DNA of 64,000 nucleotides from Candidatus Latescibacterota bacterium (lineage in GTDB: Bacteria; Latescibacterota; UBA2968): assembly GCA_965232265.1 (NCBI GenBank), contig CBDDPH010000002.1, positions 1,176,290 to 1,240,289 of the forward strand, written 5' to 3'. Shown here one piece after another: positions 48,809 through 56,939 of the stretch. A program made the position numbers and the translations under genes. Below the pieces are notes generated by a model. The model searched no databases. It was not told the DNA's origin and saw nothing but the letters and a program-made list of their open reading frames with translations. The stretch's first letter is position 1; each line of letters begins with the position of its first letter.

Positions 48809-49795
48809 TCACCCAATGGTCAAGGGGGTTGATTGCAGGTCACGACTTACAGCCAGTGATGTAAAATCGCCTTCACTATCTCCGTCTCTAAGTTTAAGGC
48901 GAGAATCCTGAACAATCTCCAATCCTTCAATATCATCTTTAAGCTCGCTAAGACCATCGAGCAATTGTGTGACGTTGATTTCATAATCATCAATCGAACG
49001 AATAGCTATGTCCTCTTTTTCGCTTGTCAAAGAGATTCGACCAGAAAGGTCGCCCAAGCGTCGTCCATTGGCGTAGCTTATCACCAATAGCAAAAGAGGT
49101 TGATGGCCCATCTTTGATCGGCTGATCAGTGATTCCGTCCCCTTCCAGAGTCCTTCGAACAATAACGAAACGTCATCTTCCGATAATTCAGTTGTCTGCG
49201 CTGCGATTTCATTGACAATGCCATACGCAGATATAAGAGCATAAGGGAGCATGTGGTCTTCACGAAAAGATTTCTGAGTGGCATTCTTCCTTGATGCAAA
49301 ACCTGCTGTTCCTTGTATAAGCTGCGGACTTACACGATGCAATGAGCGATTGAATCCTGAAAACTGGACTGGTCCTGTTAGACGTATAGATGACTTTTTT
49401 TTGCTACTTTGTTCCACTGGTAGAGTTGCTCCAAAAAGCCTTGCATCAATACAACGTTCCAAGATGATGCCACGGACTTTCCTGACCATTTCCGTAATTG
49501 TATCGGCTTTGGTCACGCCCGCTTCCTCAAGAAAATCATCACAACGACCTTTTCCATCTTTGAGATACCCTTGTTCATCTTCTGTATCTCTGACAAGGAT
49601 TTCAAGGTCTTTGGTTTGAAACAAATAATCTCGCACAGTTCTCTTTATCCTCACGTCGGTTACAGTTGCCACTCCAGTTTCGGGATCGGTACGCGGTTTG
49701 TTTTCATCAAGGGGATCACCATTGGGATTACAGTCTTTTGTTTCGTACAGAAATAGAATTTCCATACGGTTTTTAATCGAATTTTGATCAGCCAT
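48809..49795 (-). CDS. cas7: CRISPR-associated protein Cas7 (Csh2/DevR family)
   Basis: ILFLYETKDCNPNGDPLDENKPR signature. Confidence 0.85.
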   Translation of the reverse strand: MADQNSIKNRMEILFLYETKDCNPNGDPLDENKPRTDPETGVATVTDVRIKRTVRDYLFQTKDLEILVRDTEDEQGYLKDGKGRCDDFLEEAGVTKADTITEMVRKVRGIILERCIDARLFGATLPVEQSSKKKSSIRLTGPVQFSGFNRSLHRVSPQLIQGTAGFASRKNATQKSFREDHMLPYALISAYGIVNEIAAQTTELSEDDVSLLFEGLWKGTESLISRSKMGHQPLLLLVISYANGRRLGDLSGRISLTSEKEDIAIRSIDDYEINVTQLLDGLSELKDDIEGLEIVQDSRLKLRDGDSEGDFTSLAVSRDLQSTPLTIG

Positions 49796-49796
49796 T

Positions 49797-51581
49797 TTAG
49801 TCTCCTTCTTCTTCAGTTAAGACAGCATTTTTATCTGTTTCCCGGATTTTACCTGCAAGGCTCATGCCCAGTGTAAAAGCAAAAGTCGATTCTTCGTCAG
49901 AGATATTCCATTCTTCGCCGCATTTAATCCACGCTTCTGCGAGTTGCGGATCAAGTGTTTTAGCGACCAATCCAAAGCTATTATACTGGTGCAATTTAGT
50001 TTGTGCCTCGGGATAAATCTGCTGGAGTTTCCGACGATCCATTTTTATACCCTGAACTTTTTTTAAAAACGGTGTCCGTTTATCGAGGTTCTGATATTGA
50101 ACGGATGTCACTGCGCTAACATAACAGCCGGTCAGAAAAGCAACGACTTTTTCTTGGCAATCAAAAAACTCAGGATGATCTGTTACATACTTTCCATACA
50201 CATTGTCGGATTCTACCATTGTTACACCTCCTTTCGGTGGGGTTAAAATATCAAGAAGACTTAGAAAGCGATATGTCGCCCAAGCATCTCGGACGGTAAA
50301 TATGGCTTTATCCGGTTCTCTTTTGTAAGATGCGAGAATAACGGATACAACATCTCGCAAAAATACCTCACGAGCAATTTTGCTTGTGCGACCAGCGAAA
50401 ATTTGGTCAACATAAGTCAAGAACTGCTTCTGGCTACTTTTGTCCGTTCTTGTGCCCGTAAATTGGCGTAAGGTTTTCAGGGTAAAACCGTAGGTCTTAT
50501 TCTTACCAAAAACCAATAGAGGATCGGAATCTATCTGGCTTTTGATACGGTATATTTCTTGAATGCGTGAAGGTAAAACAGTCGGAATTTCAGCGGTAAT
50601 TCTCCAAGCGGCATTCTTTTTTTGAAAAAAGATCAGGGACAAGATAATCTCATCTTTGTCTCCAGAAACATCAGCGATTGCTTCCAGAATCTCATCTTCA
50701 GAGTTTGTAATTGTCTTCAAGGCATCCTTCTTAAGCGAAATGCCTCGTTCGCGTTTCTCCAATTCTTCAATGACATAGTGCCTCAATTCAGGGTTGTGAA
50801 TTTGGGGCAAAAGCAGATACAATTCTCCTGCTAAGTTGAATTGGAGATTTGAATTGACAAAATTCCAACCTTTAGACACCGCAAGCATACAATAATCACA
50901 TACAGGAAAATTTCGTGTCGCAGCACTATGATCCATACCGCCCGCGATTAAACCTCTTTTATCGAGATTATAGCACGAGATCAATGAGAAATTTCCATAT
51001 ACCTTATCTGCCAGTTTGCCACATACAGAACAAACTTGATTTTCAGCTTCTAATGGCTGTTTCTGGACGCGCCCATATCGGGAGAGTACCTCAGAGATTG
51101 CGAATTGTTTGACATATTCGTTTTCGTAAAATGGGACTGGTTTAGTACCTTCAAGCCAACTCAAATACACAAAAGGATATTTTTCATGTGTATCAAGCTT
51201 TTCAAGCTCATTTTTAATATCCTCAGCAATTTGAGGCTCATTATATCCGTCCAGAATATTATCTATCTGGTCCTGAACGGATTCAGCCTGTGGTGATTGA
51301 TTAAAAGTCTCTAAACATTTCCGAAGTCTGTGTGTAACTTTCTTAGAACAGCCTGCATATTTTGAGATGGCCAATGGATCAAATCCATTGGGAGCACCTT
51401 TAATATAGATCACATTTTTGCTACCTTCTGTTATTATGATGTTTTTGTATTGACCAACTTCATCGAAACAGACAGCCAATCCATAATGATATGACGGTTC
51501 CAGACCTTCATTCAAAAGTTTAATACGATCACTTTCATCGCCATAACGAATCTGAGAAATGTGAAGTAGCCGTTCAAACAT
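49797..51581 (-). CDS. cas8b: CRISPR-associated large subunit Cas8b (Csh1-like)
   Basis: 594 aa and the first gene of the cas operon. Cys-rich segment CSVCGK...CDYC typical of Cas8b. AAGGA RBS. Confidence 0.7.
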   Translation of the reverse strand: MFERLLHISQIRYGDESDRIKLLNEGLEPSYHYGLAVCFDEVGQYKNIIITEGSKNVIYIKGAPNGFDPLAISKYAGCSKKVTHRLRKCLETFNQSPQAESVQDQIDNILDGYNEPQIAEDIKNELEKLDTHEKYPFVYLSWLEGTKPVPFYENEYVKQFAISEVLSRYGRVQKQPLEAENQVCSVCGKLADKVYGNFSLISCYNLDKRGLIAGGMDHSAATRNFPVCDYCMLAVSKGWNFVNSNLQFNLAGELYLLLPQIHNPELRHYVIEELEKRERGISLKKDALKTITNSEDEILEAIADVSGDKDEIILSLIFFQKKNAAWRITAEIPTVLPSRIQEIYRIKSQIDSDPLLVFGKNKTYGFTLKTLRQFTGTRTDKSSQKQFLTYVDQIFAGRTSKIAREVFLRDVVSVILASYKREPDKAIFTVRDAWATYRFLSLLDILTPPKGGVTMVESDNVYGKYVTDHPEFFDCQEKVVAFLTGCYVSAVTSVQYQNLDKRTPFLKKVQGIKMDRRKLQQIYPEAQTKLHQYNSFGLVAKTLDPQLAEAWIKCGEEWNISDEESTFAFTLGMSLAGKIRETDKNAVLTEEEGD

Positions 51582-51611
51582 GATTTTTTCCTTTTGTTAT
51601 AAAGTGATGAT

Positions 51612-51707
51612 TCCTAAATCCTTGTTTTAATGGATTTTGCAGACTAATTTTTCATTTACAAACAAACCATGCTTCAATCCTTGTTTTGATAGAGATTGAT
51701 TGGCCAG
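51612..51707 (-). repeat. degenerate CRISPR repeat - 22-nt spacer-like - degenerate repeat unit upstream of cas8b
   Basis: 51612-51648 tcctaaatccttgttttaatggattttgcagactaat (~23/37 identical to the repeat). 51671-51707 gcttcaatccttgttttgatagag... (20/23 identical over the first 23 nt). Same orientation as the main array; sits 31 nt upstream of the cas8b ATG. Confidence 0.55.
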
Positions 51708-51770
51708 TAATGTTCACCAGATATAGAAAATAAAAGTTGCTTTTTTGGGGAGGTTGGCTATATTTTTTGT

Positions 51771-51836
51771 CAGCGACCAGAATGGGCCGGTGCTAACCGA
51801 CCCGGGACTAATGTCCCTGGCCGCTACTTTTTTTAT
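51771..51836 (+). other. structured GC-rich element with multiple hairpins followed by a T-run
   Basis: cagcgacc...gggccggtgctaaccgaccc gggactaatgtccc tggccgct then ctttttttatttct, between the DUF3800 stop and the mini-array. Confidence 0.3.
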
Positions 51837-51871
51837 TTCTACGCCAATACTTCCGAAAACTTTCCCCCTTC

Positions 51872-52633
51872 CTATGGGCTAGCGGGAACGAAACGAGGGA
51901 GATTTGTGCTCGGGTACCATGTATCCCCGTCATGGATTAACGGCTCTATGCCTGCAATACCGCTTTCATCTATAGCTTTAATCGGAAAACCTGCTTTTTG
52001 CTCTTCCTTTTTTCGTGCGCTTAAGACACACAGATCGCATAGTTGTAGCATCAGACTCTTTGAAGATTCAATAAAGAACCCCTTTTCTATAACGTGGTCG
52101 AGTTGCAGCGCCCCCCCTTCACGCAGCATGCGGATTGACTCCTCGACATCGTAAATCACCTCTTTGTTCTCGTCCGAAATAAAAATGCCCAACTCTTGGC
52201 CTGGAAGGTCTTGTAAATAGTGATTAATAATCTGGGCTACCAGCCTAAAGACCATGACATGTGGATTGATCGGCCTATTTGATCCAAAAGATCGTAGCCA
52301 ATTCTTAAAGTGACTTTTGACAACAGCCCTGTATATGAGTTTTAGATTATGGCGGCGTGCAATGTCAAACCAGGTGTCGCGCAGGGCTACGCGATCACTA
52401 ATACTCATACCATCAAAGTCTTTTCTCCCTGAACGAATATCTGTACCGTGAATCTCAAAGTTGTCTCGTCGGGGAGGCGGAAAGTGGTCATCTATCACAT
52501 TCTGCAACTCCTGCTCGATATTGGTCCAAATATGATCTGGAATGATCAGTGCAGCCAATACAAAAATGGGTTGTTGTGTATCGTCTAAATTGTTGCCGGT
52601 ATTACCAGATTCATCAAAATAAATGAGATGCAT
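51872..52633 (-). CDS. DUF3800 domain protein
   Basis: N-terminal MHLIYFDESGNTG motif diagnostic of DUF3800. Start set at this Met. Confidence 0.65.
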   Translation of the reverse strand: MHLIYFDESGNTGNNLDDTQQPIFVLAALIIPDHIWTNIEQELQNVIDDHFPPPRRDNFEIHGTDIRSGRKDFDGMSISDRVALRDTWFDIARRHNLKLIYRAVVKSHFKNWLRSFGSNRPINPHVMVFRLVAQIINHYLQDLPGQELGIFISDENKEVIYDVEESIRMLREGGALQLDHVIEKGFFIESSKSLMLQLCDLCVLSARKKEEQKAGFPIKAIDESGIAGIEPLIHDGDTWYPSTNLPRFVPASP

Positions 52634-52715
52634 ATCAAATAGTGCCCTATTGTCTTCAGAGATTTGGGTGATCACATAGACAAAGTAATTTGGACGACTA
52701 TTTAGAAACATACCA

Positions 52716-53720
52716 TTAAATCAATACAGTGTCAACCCGTTTTTTTTTCTGCTCATACATCCTCCCCGCCGCGATCATATCCTTTGCGATGACCTGTCGC
52801 AACGCCTCTGGTTCTATCACCTCGCAATCTGCGCCCCAGCCTCTGATCCACGGTTTCATCTCCAGCGTGTGGCTCACGGTTAAGGTCATGAGACAGCCGC
52901 CGTCTGGCAGGTCGTCAATGGCATCGACGCAGGGCCAGTCCGATTCCCGCACGCGGTATGCCACATTGGGCGAAAAGCGGAGTTTGACGACAATGCGCTC
53001 ATCGCCCCCCATCACGCCCCATGCTTGCGTGAGATAATCGTAGGGATCGAAATGGTCTCGGATCTGATAGGACGAGTCGAGGATTTTGACCTGCTGCACG
53101 CGCTCGATTTTGAACTCTCGGATGTCGCGGCGCAGATGGTCATACCCAATCACATAACAGGCATATCCCACGGGCGACGGCTCGATAAAATAGGGGTCAA
53201 AGACGCGCCTGGTGGTTTCATCGGTGTATGGATTGTAATACGTCAAACGCACCTGTTTGCGTTCAGACCACGCGCGGGTAAAGGTCTCCAAAATGCGGAT
53301 GTACTCGCGATGCGGTCTGCGCTTGCGCGTGGCTTCGGCGGTTCGGGCGATGTGTTGACCGATTGATTCGGGGAGTGCGCTGGCGAGTTTTTCAAGTGCC
53401 GAGACGACATGGGGATTGTGTTTGTCGCTGTGTGCTGAGAGCAGCCGGGCTGAGAGATACAGTGCGAGGGACTCGTGCAGATTTACGCGCACAGATGTGA
53501 TATAGCGGTCTTTGTGCATGCCGAATCTGCCATTGCGTTCCCAGATGGGCACGTTGAGCTTGGAAAGGGAGTCGATATCGCGATAGATGGTGCTGCGGTG
53601 ACAGCGCAGTTTTTTGCCCAATTCCAAAGCTGTAAGTCCCTGAGCAGATTGAAACAGGATGCGACCCAGTTCAATGAGTCGCTCTGAACGCTTAAATTGT
53701 TGTGTATTGTTATTTGGCAT
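52716..53720 (-). CDS. HTH + WYL-domain transcriptional regulator (YafY-like)
   Basis: N-terminal winged HTH (LIELGRILFQSAQGLTALELGKKLRCHRSTIYRDIDSL) and central WYL domain (VRLTYYNPYTDETTRRVFDPYFIEP...YVIGYDHLRRDIREFKIERV). Start placed at MPNNNTQQFKRSERL. Local coordinates are uncertain by 1-3 nt. Confidence 0.75.
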   Translation of the reverse strand: MPNNNTQQFKRSERLIELGRILFQSAQGLTALELGKKLRCHRSTIYRDIDSLSKLNVPIWERNGRFGMHKDRYITSVRVNLHESLALYLSARLLSAHSDKHNPHVVSALEKLASALPESIGQHIARTAEATRKRRPHREYIRILETFTRAWSERKQVRLTYYNPYTDETTRRVFDPYFIEPSPVGYACYVIGYDHLRRDIREFKIERVQQVKILDSSYQIRDHFDPYDYLTQAWGVMGGDERIVVKLRFSPNVAYRVRESDWPCVDAIDDLPDGGCLMTLTVSHTLEMKPWIRGWGADCEVIEPEALRQVIAKDMIAAGRMYEQKKKRVDTVLI

Positions 53721-54014
53721 AGTGGTCTCCGCAGATAGTATAATGGGGGTGTGTTCCACATGTTGCGACAGATTTTAAAAAATATGATCGCAATTTTATT
53801 TTACCCAAAAAAAATAAAGCCGAGGGGATGTGTTTATCCCACCGGCTAATAAGTTCAGAGATTGAAAGGTTGAGTACTACCAAAGGGCAAGAGCTATGGG
53901 ATGACGGAACATATATGCACAGCGCGCTATTCCGTCAACCGCTGTTCTTTTAGTTTGCATCTAACTTTGAAGGCCACAACCTGGCGTCCATCCACCTGAG
54001 CATTTTGCGCTGTG

Positions 54015-54073
54015 CAAGCCCCCCGCAGGGGCGCCCTTTTTTTGCTTCATTTTTTTGGGCGCGCAAAAAAATG
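54015..54073. other. two adjacent palindromes (GC-rich hairpin + T-run; AT-rich cttcattttttt-gggcgcgc-aaaaaaatgaag)
   Basis: Located about 40 nt downstream of the 97-aa gene stop and in the divergent WYL promoter region. Confidence 0.35.
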
Positions 54074-54110
54074 AAGTCGCCGAAGGCATGAAAAAAAATA
54101 ATAAAAAACT

Positions 54111-54404
54111 TTATACGTCATTCCAATTCGAGGTGGTTAGAGAGCGATGGGTCATGCCTACGATTTTACCAGTATGGTCATTGATTTCAACGACTTTGAA
54201 CGAACGATTCTTCCAGTCTTTTCCCCCGAGGTTGGCTGCTAGGCTCCGCCGTTCCCAGGGGCGAGAGAACCCTATGGTTATTTTCCAGGCATTTGCTGTT
54301 TCGTCGAATACTACCTCTTCAAGTCCTAAGTCCTGAACTTCCTCGTCGGCAAACAGTTCGGTTATGTATTTGTTCGCCGTCCGCACGGCTTCTTTTACGT
54401 TCAT
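54111..54404 (-). CDS. hypothetical small protein (97 aa)
   Basis: Clean ORF directly downstream of the nuclease gene on the same strand. No recognisable family. Confidence 0.5.
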   Translation of the reverse strand: MNVKEAVRTANKYITELFADEEVQDLGLEEVVFDETANAWKITIGFSRPWERRSLAANLGGKDWKNRSFKVVEINDHTGKIVGMTHRSLTTSNWNDV

Positions 54405-54502
54405 TTACGCCTCCATACAGTCTTATCATTTTCTTTTACATTAAATTTTCAAAAAAGTAACCAATTCAGGCTGCTAAGAAAAGCGTTTCTATGACAAAAA
54501 AA

Positions 54503-55492
54503 TTAAAAAAGTGAGAGTTGGACGGGGTCTTGTTCTGGGGTGGGTTGTCTGGCAGGTCTCTCATCGGGATAGCACACGGCTTTGAAGGGGCAGGTGGTAC
54601 ACAGGTGGGTATTGGTCGTCATTGGGAAGGTGTCTTGCGAAGCGGTGTTTTGCTCGGGATCGTCGAGAAGCGCACGCATTTTCTGGACGCTCTCGGTGAC
54701 AAAGATACGGGTCTGGTCGAGGTCGTCGGGCGAAAGTTCCAGAGTGCGTTCGGCGTTGGTTTGCAGGTAGATGTCCTGGAGTTGCAGGTCGGATAATGCC
54801 ACGCCCCACTGCGAGGTGGCGTACAGGGCGTACACCGCGAGTTGGTGGCGGTCGGCCTGGCGTTCGCGCCCGGTTTTCCAGTCGAAGACAGAGACCGATT
54901 GGGCGCGGCGAATTGCCACGTCGAGCACGACCCAGATTTTGGTACTGACTTGACCCGAGTCAGCACATGCATTGGCAAGGGTAAAATCTGAGAGTTTTTC
55001 GATGGTGAGATAGTCTTCGGGACGGGCAGCTTGCAGGGTGGCGTAGGCATCGGAGGCAAAAAAACCATTGAGGCTTGTGGAGATGTGATTGGTGGAAGCG
55101 ATCTGGTCGGTTTCTGTAAAGGGTTCGTTGTAATAGTGTTCAAACAGATTGGTGTATTGAGAGGCCGAATAGCGCCAGAGGCGATCTCGGGAGGCTTGCA
55201 GGTGTTGGTGGAATAAATTTTGCGCGTAGGTCTCAACGGCAAAGGGGAGAATATTGCGTCCCAATTTCAGGGCATTGAGCGCGTTGCTGATGGCGTCGTG
55301 AACCACGGTACCGACGAGTTGCGGTACTGTGGTTATTTTTTTCAGGCGGTAGAGCAGTTGGGCCTGCGCGTCTGCGCCTTTGTCCCAGCCGCCCCAACTG
55401 CCGTAGTAGTTGAAGTAGTATTGTCGCTTGCACGATTCAAACATGCGATGGCGCGATGGCGACCAGGAAAATTCGTTTTGGAAATTGGACAT
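54503..55492 (-). CDS. Cas4-like PD-(D/E)XK nuclease with 4-Cys Fe-S cluster (solo, outside the cas operon)
   Basis: N-terminal Cys (FESCKRQYYF), motifs VVLDVAI / SVFDWKTG (D...D-x-K), QLAVYALY (QhxxY) and C-terminal CTTCPFKAVC. Start ATG is 3 nt after the aroA stop. Confidence 0.7.
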   Translation of the reverse strand: MSNFQNEFSWSPSRHRMFESCKRQYYFNYYGSWGGWDKGADAQAQLLYRLKKITTVPQLVGTVVHDAISNALNALKLGRNILPFAVETYAQNLFHQHLQASRDRLWRYSASQYTNLFEHYYNEPFTETDQIASTNHISTSLNGFFASDAYATLQAARPEDYLTIEKLSDFTLANACADSGQVSTKIWVVLDVAIRRAQSVSVFDWKTGRERQADRHQLAVYALYATSQWGVALSDLQLQDIYLQTNAERTLELSPDDLDQTRIFVTESVQKMRALLDDPEQNTASQDTFPMTTNTHLCTTCPFKAVCYPDERPARQPTPEQDPVQLSLF

Positions 55493-55495
55493 GTT

Positions 55496-56770
55496 TCAAT
55501 AAAGCGCGTTCAAGACCTCAAAATACGTCGGAAATGTTTTGTTGACGCAGTCGGGATCGTTTATGACAATGCCGGGGCTTTTTAGTCCGATCAGCGACAG
55601 GCTCATCGCCATGCGGTGGTCGTCGTACGTGTCGAGTGCCGCGGGTTGAATGTGGTCTGCGGGATAGACTGTGAGGCCATCGGCGCGGGTGTCAACGCGT
55701 ACGCCGAGCTTGTTCAATTCGGTTTTGAGGGCGGCGATGCGGTCGGTTTCGTGGAGGCGGAGGACTGCGACATTGCGTACGCCGATTGGCGCAGACGCAT
55801 AAGGAGCCAAGGCGCACAGGGTTGGCACGATGTCGGGCGTGGCGTTCATGTCGATGTCGAGGCCCGACAGGTGGCCTGTTCCGCGCACTTCAATGCCTTC
55901 GGGGTCTTTGTTTACCTCACAGCCCATTTGGGAGAGGATATCGACAAAGCCGATGTCGCCCTGAATGGATTGCGCCGTTAAATTGGGTACGCGCACGCGA
56001 CCCCCTGTGAGTGCGGCTGCGGCAAAAAAATAAGAGGCGTTGGATGCATCGGGTTCGATCTGGTAGGTGCGGGCATGATAGCGCTGGCCCGCGCGCACGG
56101 TGAAAGAGCGGTAGTTACGATTGGTGACTTCAATGCCGAAGTCGCGCATGACGGCCATGGTGAGGTCGATATACGGCTTGGATACGAGGTCGCCTTTGAC
56201 ATAGATTTCGACATCACTTTGGGCATAGGAAGCCACCTGGAGCAGAGCCGTGAAATACTGGCTGCTTTTGCTGCCGTTCATGGTGGTGCGACCGCCTTTG
56301 AGGCCAGAGGCGAGGATGAGCGCGGGGGGGCATAGCCCGTCTTTGCCTTCACAACGCGCGGTTACGCCGAGGGGGGTGAGGCCGTCGAGGAGGTCCTGGA
56401 TGGGGCGCTCGCGCATCCGCTGGACGCCATCTATGGTATAGGTTCCCGTGCCCAAGCCGAGATATGCCGCGAGAAAGCGCGCTGAGGTGCCCGAGTTCCC
56501 AATGTGGAGTTCTGCGCGCTCAGCGGGAATAAGCCCACCTGTGCCATACACGCGAAATGCGTCATCTGATTCATCTACGCGAATGCCCAGATCGCGCAGG
56601 GCATTTGCCATATACCGCGTGTCGTCGCTCATGAGTGCGTTGTTGAGATGGCTAACGCCATCTGCAAGCGCGGCAATCAGCAGAACGCGGTTGGTGATGC
56701 TTTTAGAACCGGGGATCGCGACATCGGCATCGACTGGGGCTGTCAGGGGTTGGATTTCAAGCGTTTTCAT
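55496..56770 (-). CDS. aroA: 3-phosphoshikimate 1-carboxyvinyltransferase (EPSP synthase)
   Basis: IPGSKSITNRVLLIAALADG N-terminal signature. Confidence 0.9.
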   Translation of the reverse strand: MKTLEIQPLTAPVDADVAIPGSKSITNRVLLIAALADGVSHLNNALMSDDTRYMANALRDLGIRVDESDDAFRVYGTGGLIPAERAELHIGNSGTSARFLAAYLGLGTGTYTIDGVQRMRERPIQDLLDGLTPLGVTARCEGKDGLCPPALILASGLKGGRTTMNGSKSSQYFTALLQVASYAQSDVEIYVKGDLVSKPYIDLTMAVMRDFGIEVTNRNYRSFTVRAGQRYHARTYQIEPDASNASYFFAAAALTGGRVRVPNLTAQSIQGDIGFVDILSQMGCEVNKDPEGIEVRGTGHLSGLDIDMNATPDIVPTLCALAPYASAPIGVRNVAVLRLHETDRIAALKTELNKLGVRVDTRADGLTVYPADHIQPAALDTYDDHRMAMSLSLIGLKSPGIVINDPDCVNKTFPTYFEVLNALY

Positions 56771-56939
56771 CTGAGAAAGATAGCGCAGAACATGGCAACT
56801 GTCAATCTATCGCTTGATTTTTCCAAATCCTGGTTTTAGATTAGAAATCGCAAACTTCTCTCCCATTTTTTTCTACCTTCAGTTTCTTTTTTCTTCGAGA
56901 TGCCCCTCCCCCAACATCTCCATTTACGGGAGCGTGTTG

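Noticed and set aside
56814-56939. 42-codon upstream extension of dnaE
   Set aside because: Low-complexity leader. The conserved PHP-domain N-terminus begins at the ATG at 56940, with an upstream purine-rich RBS region.
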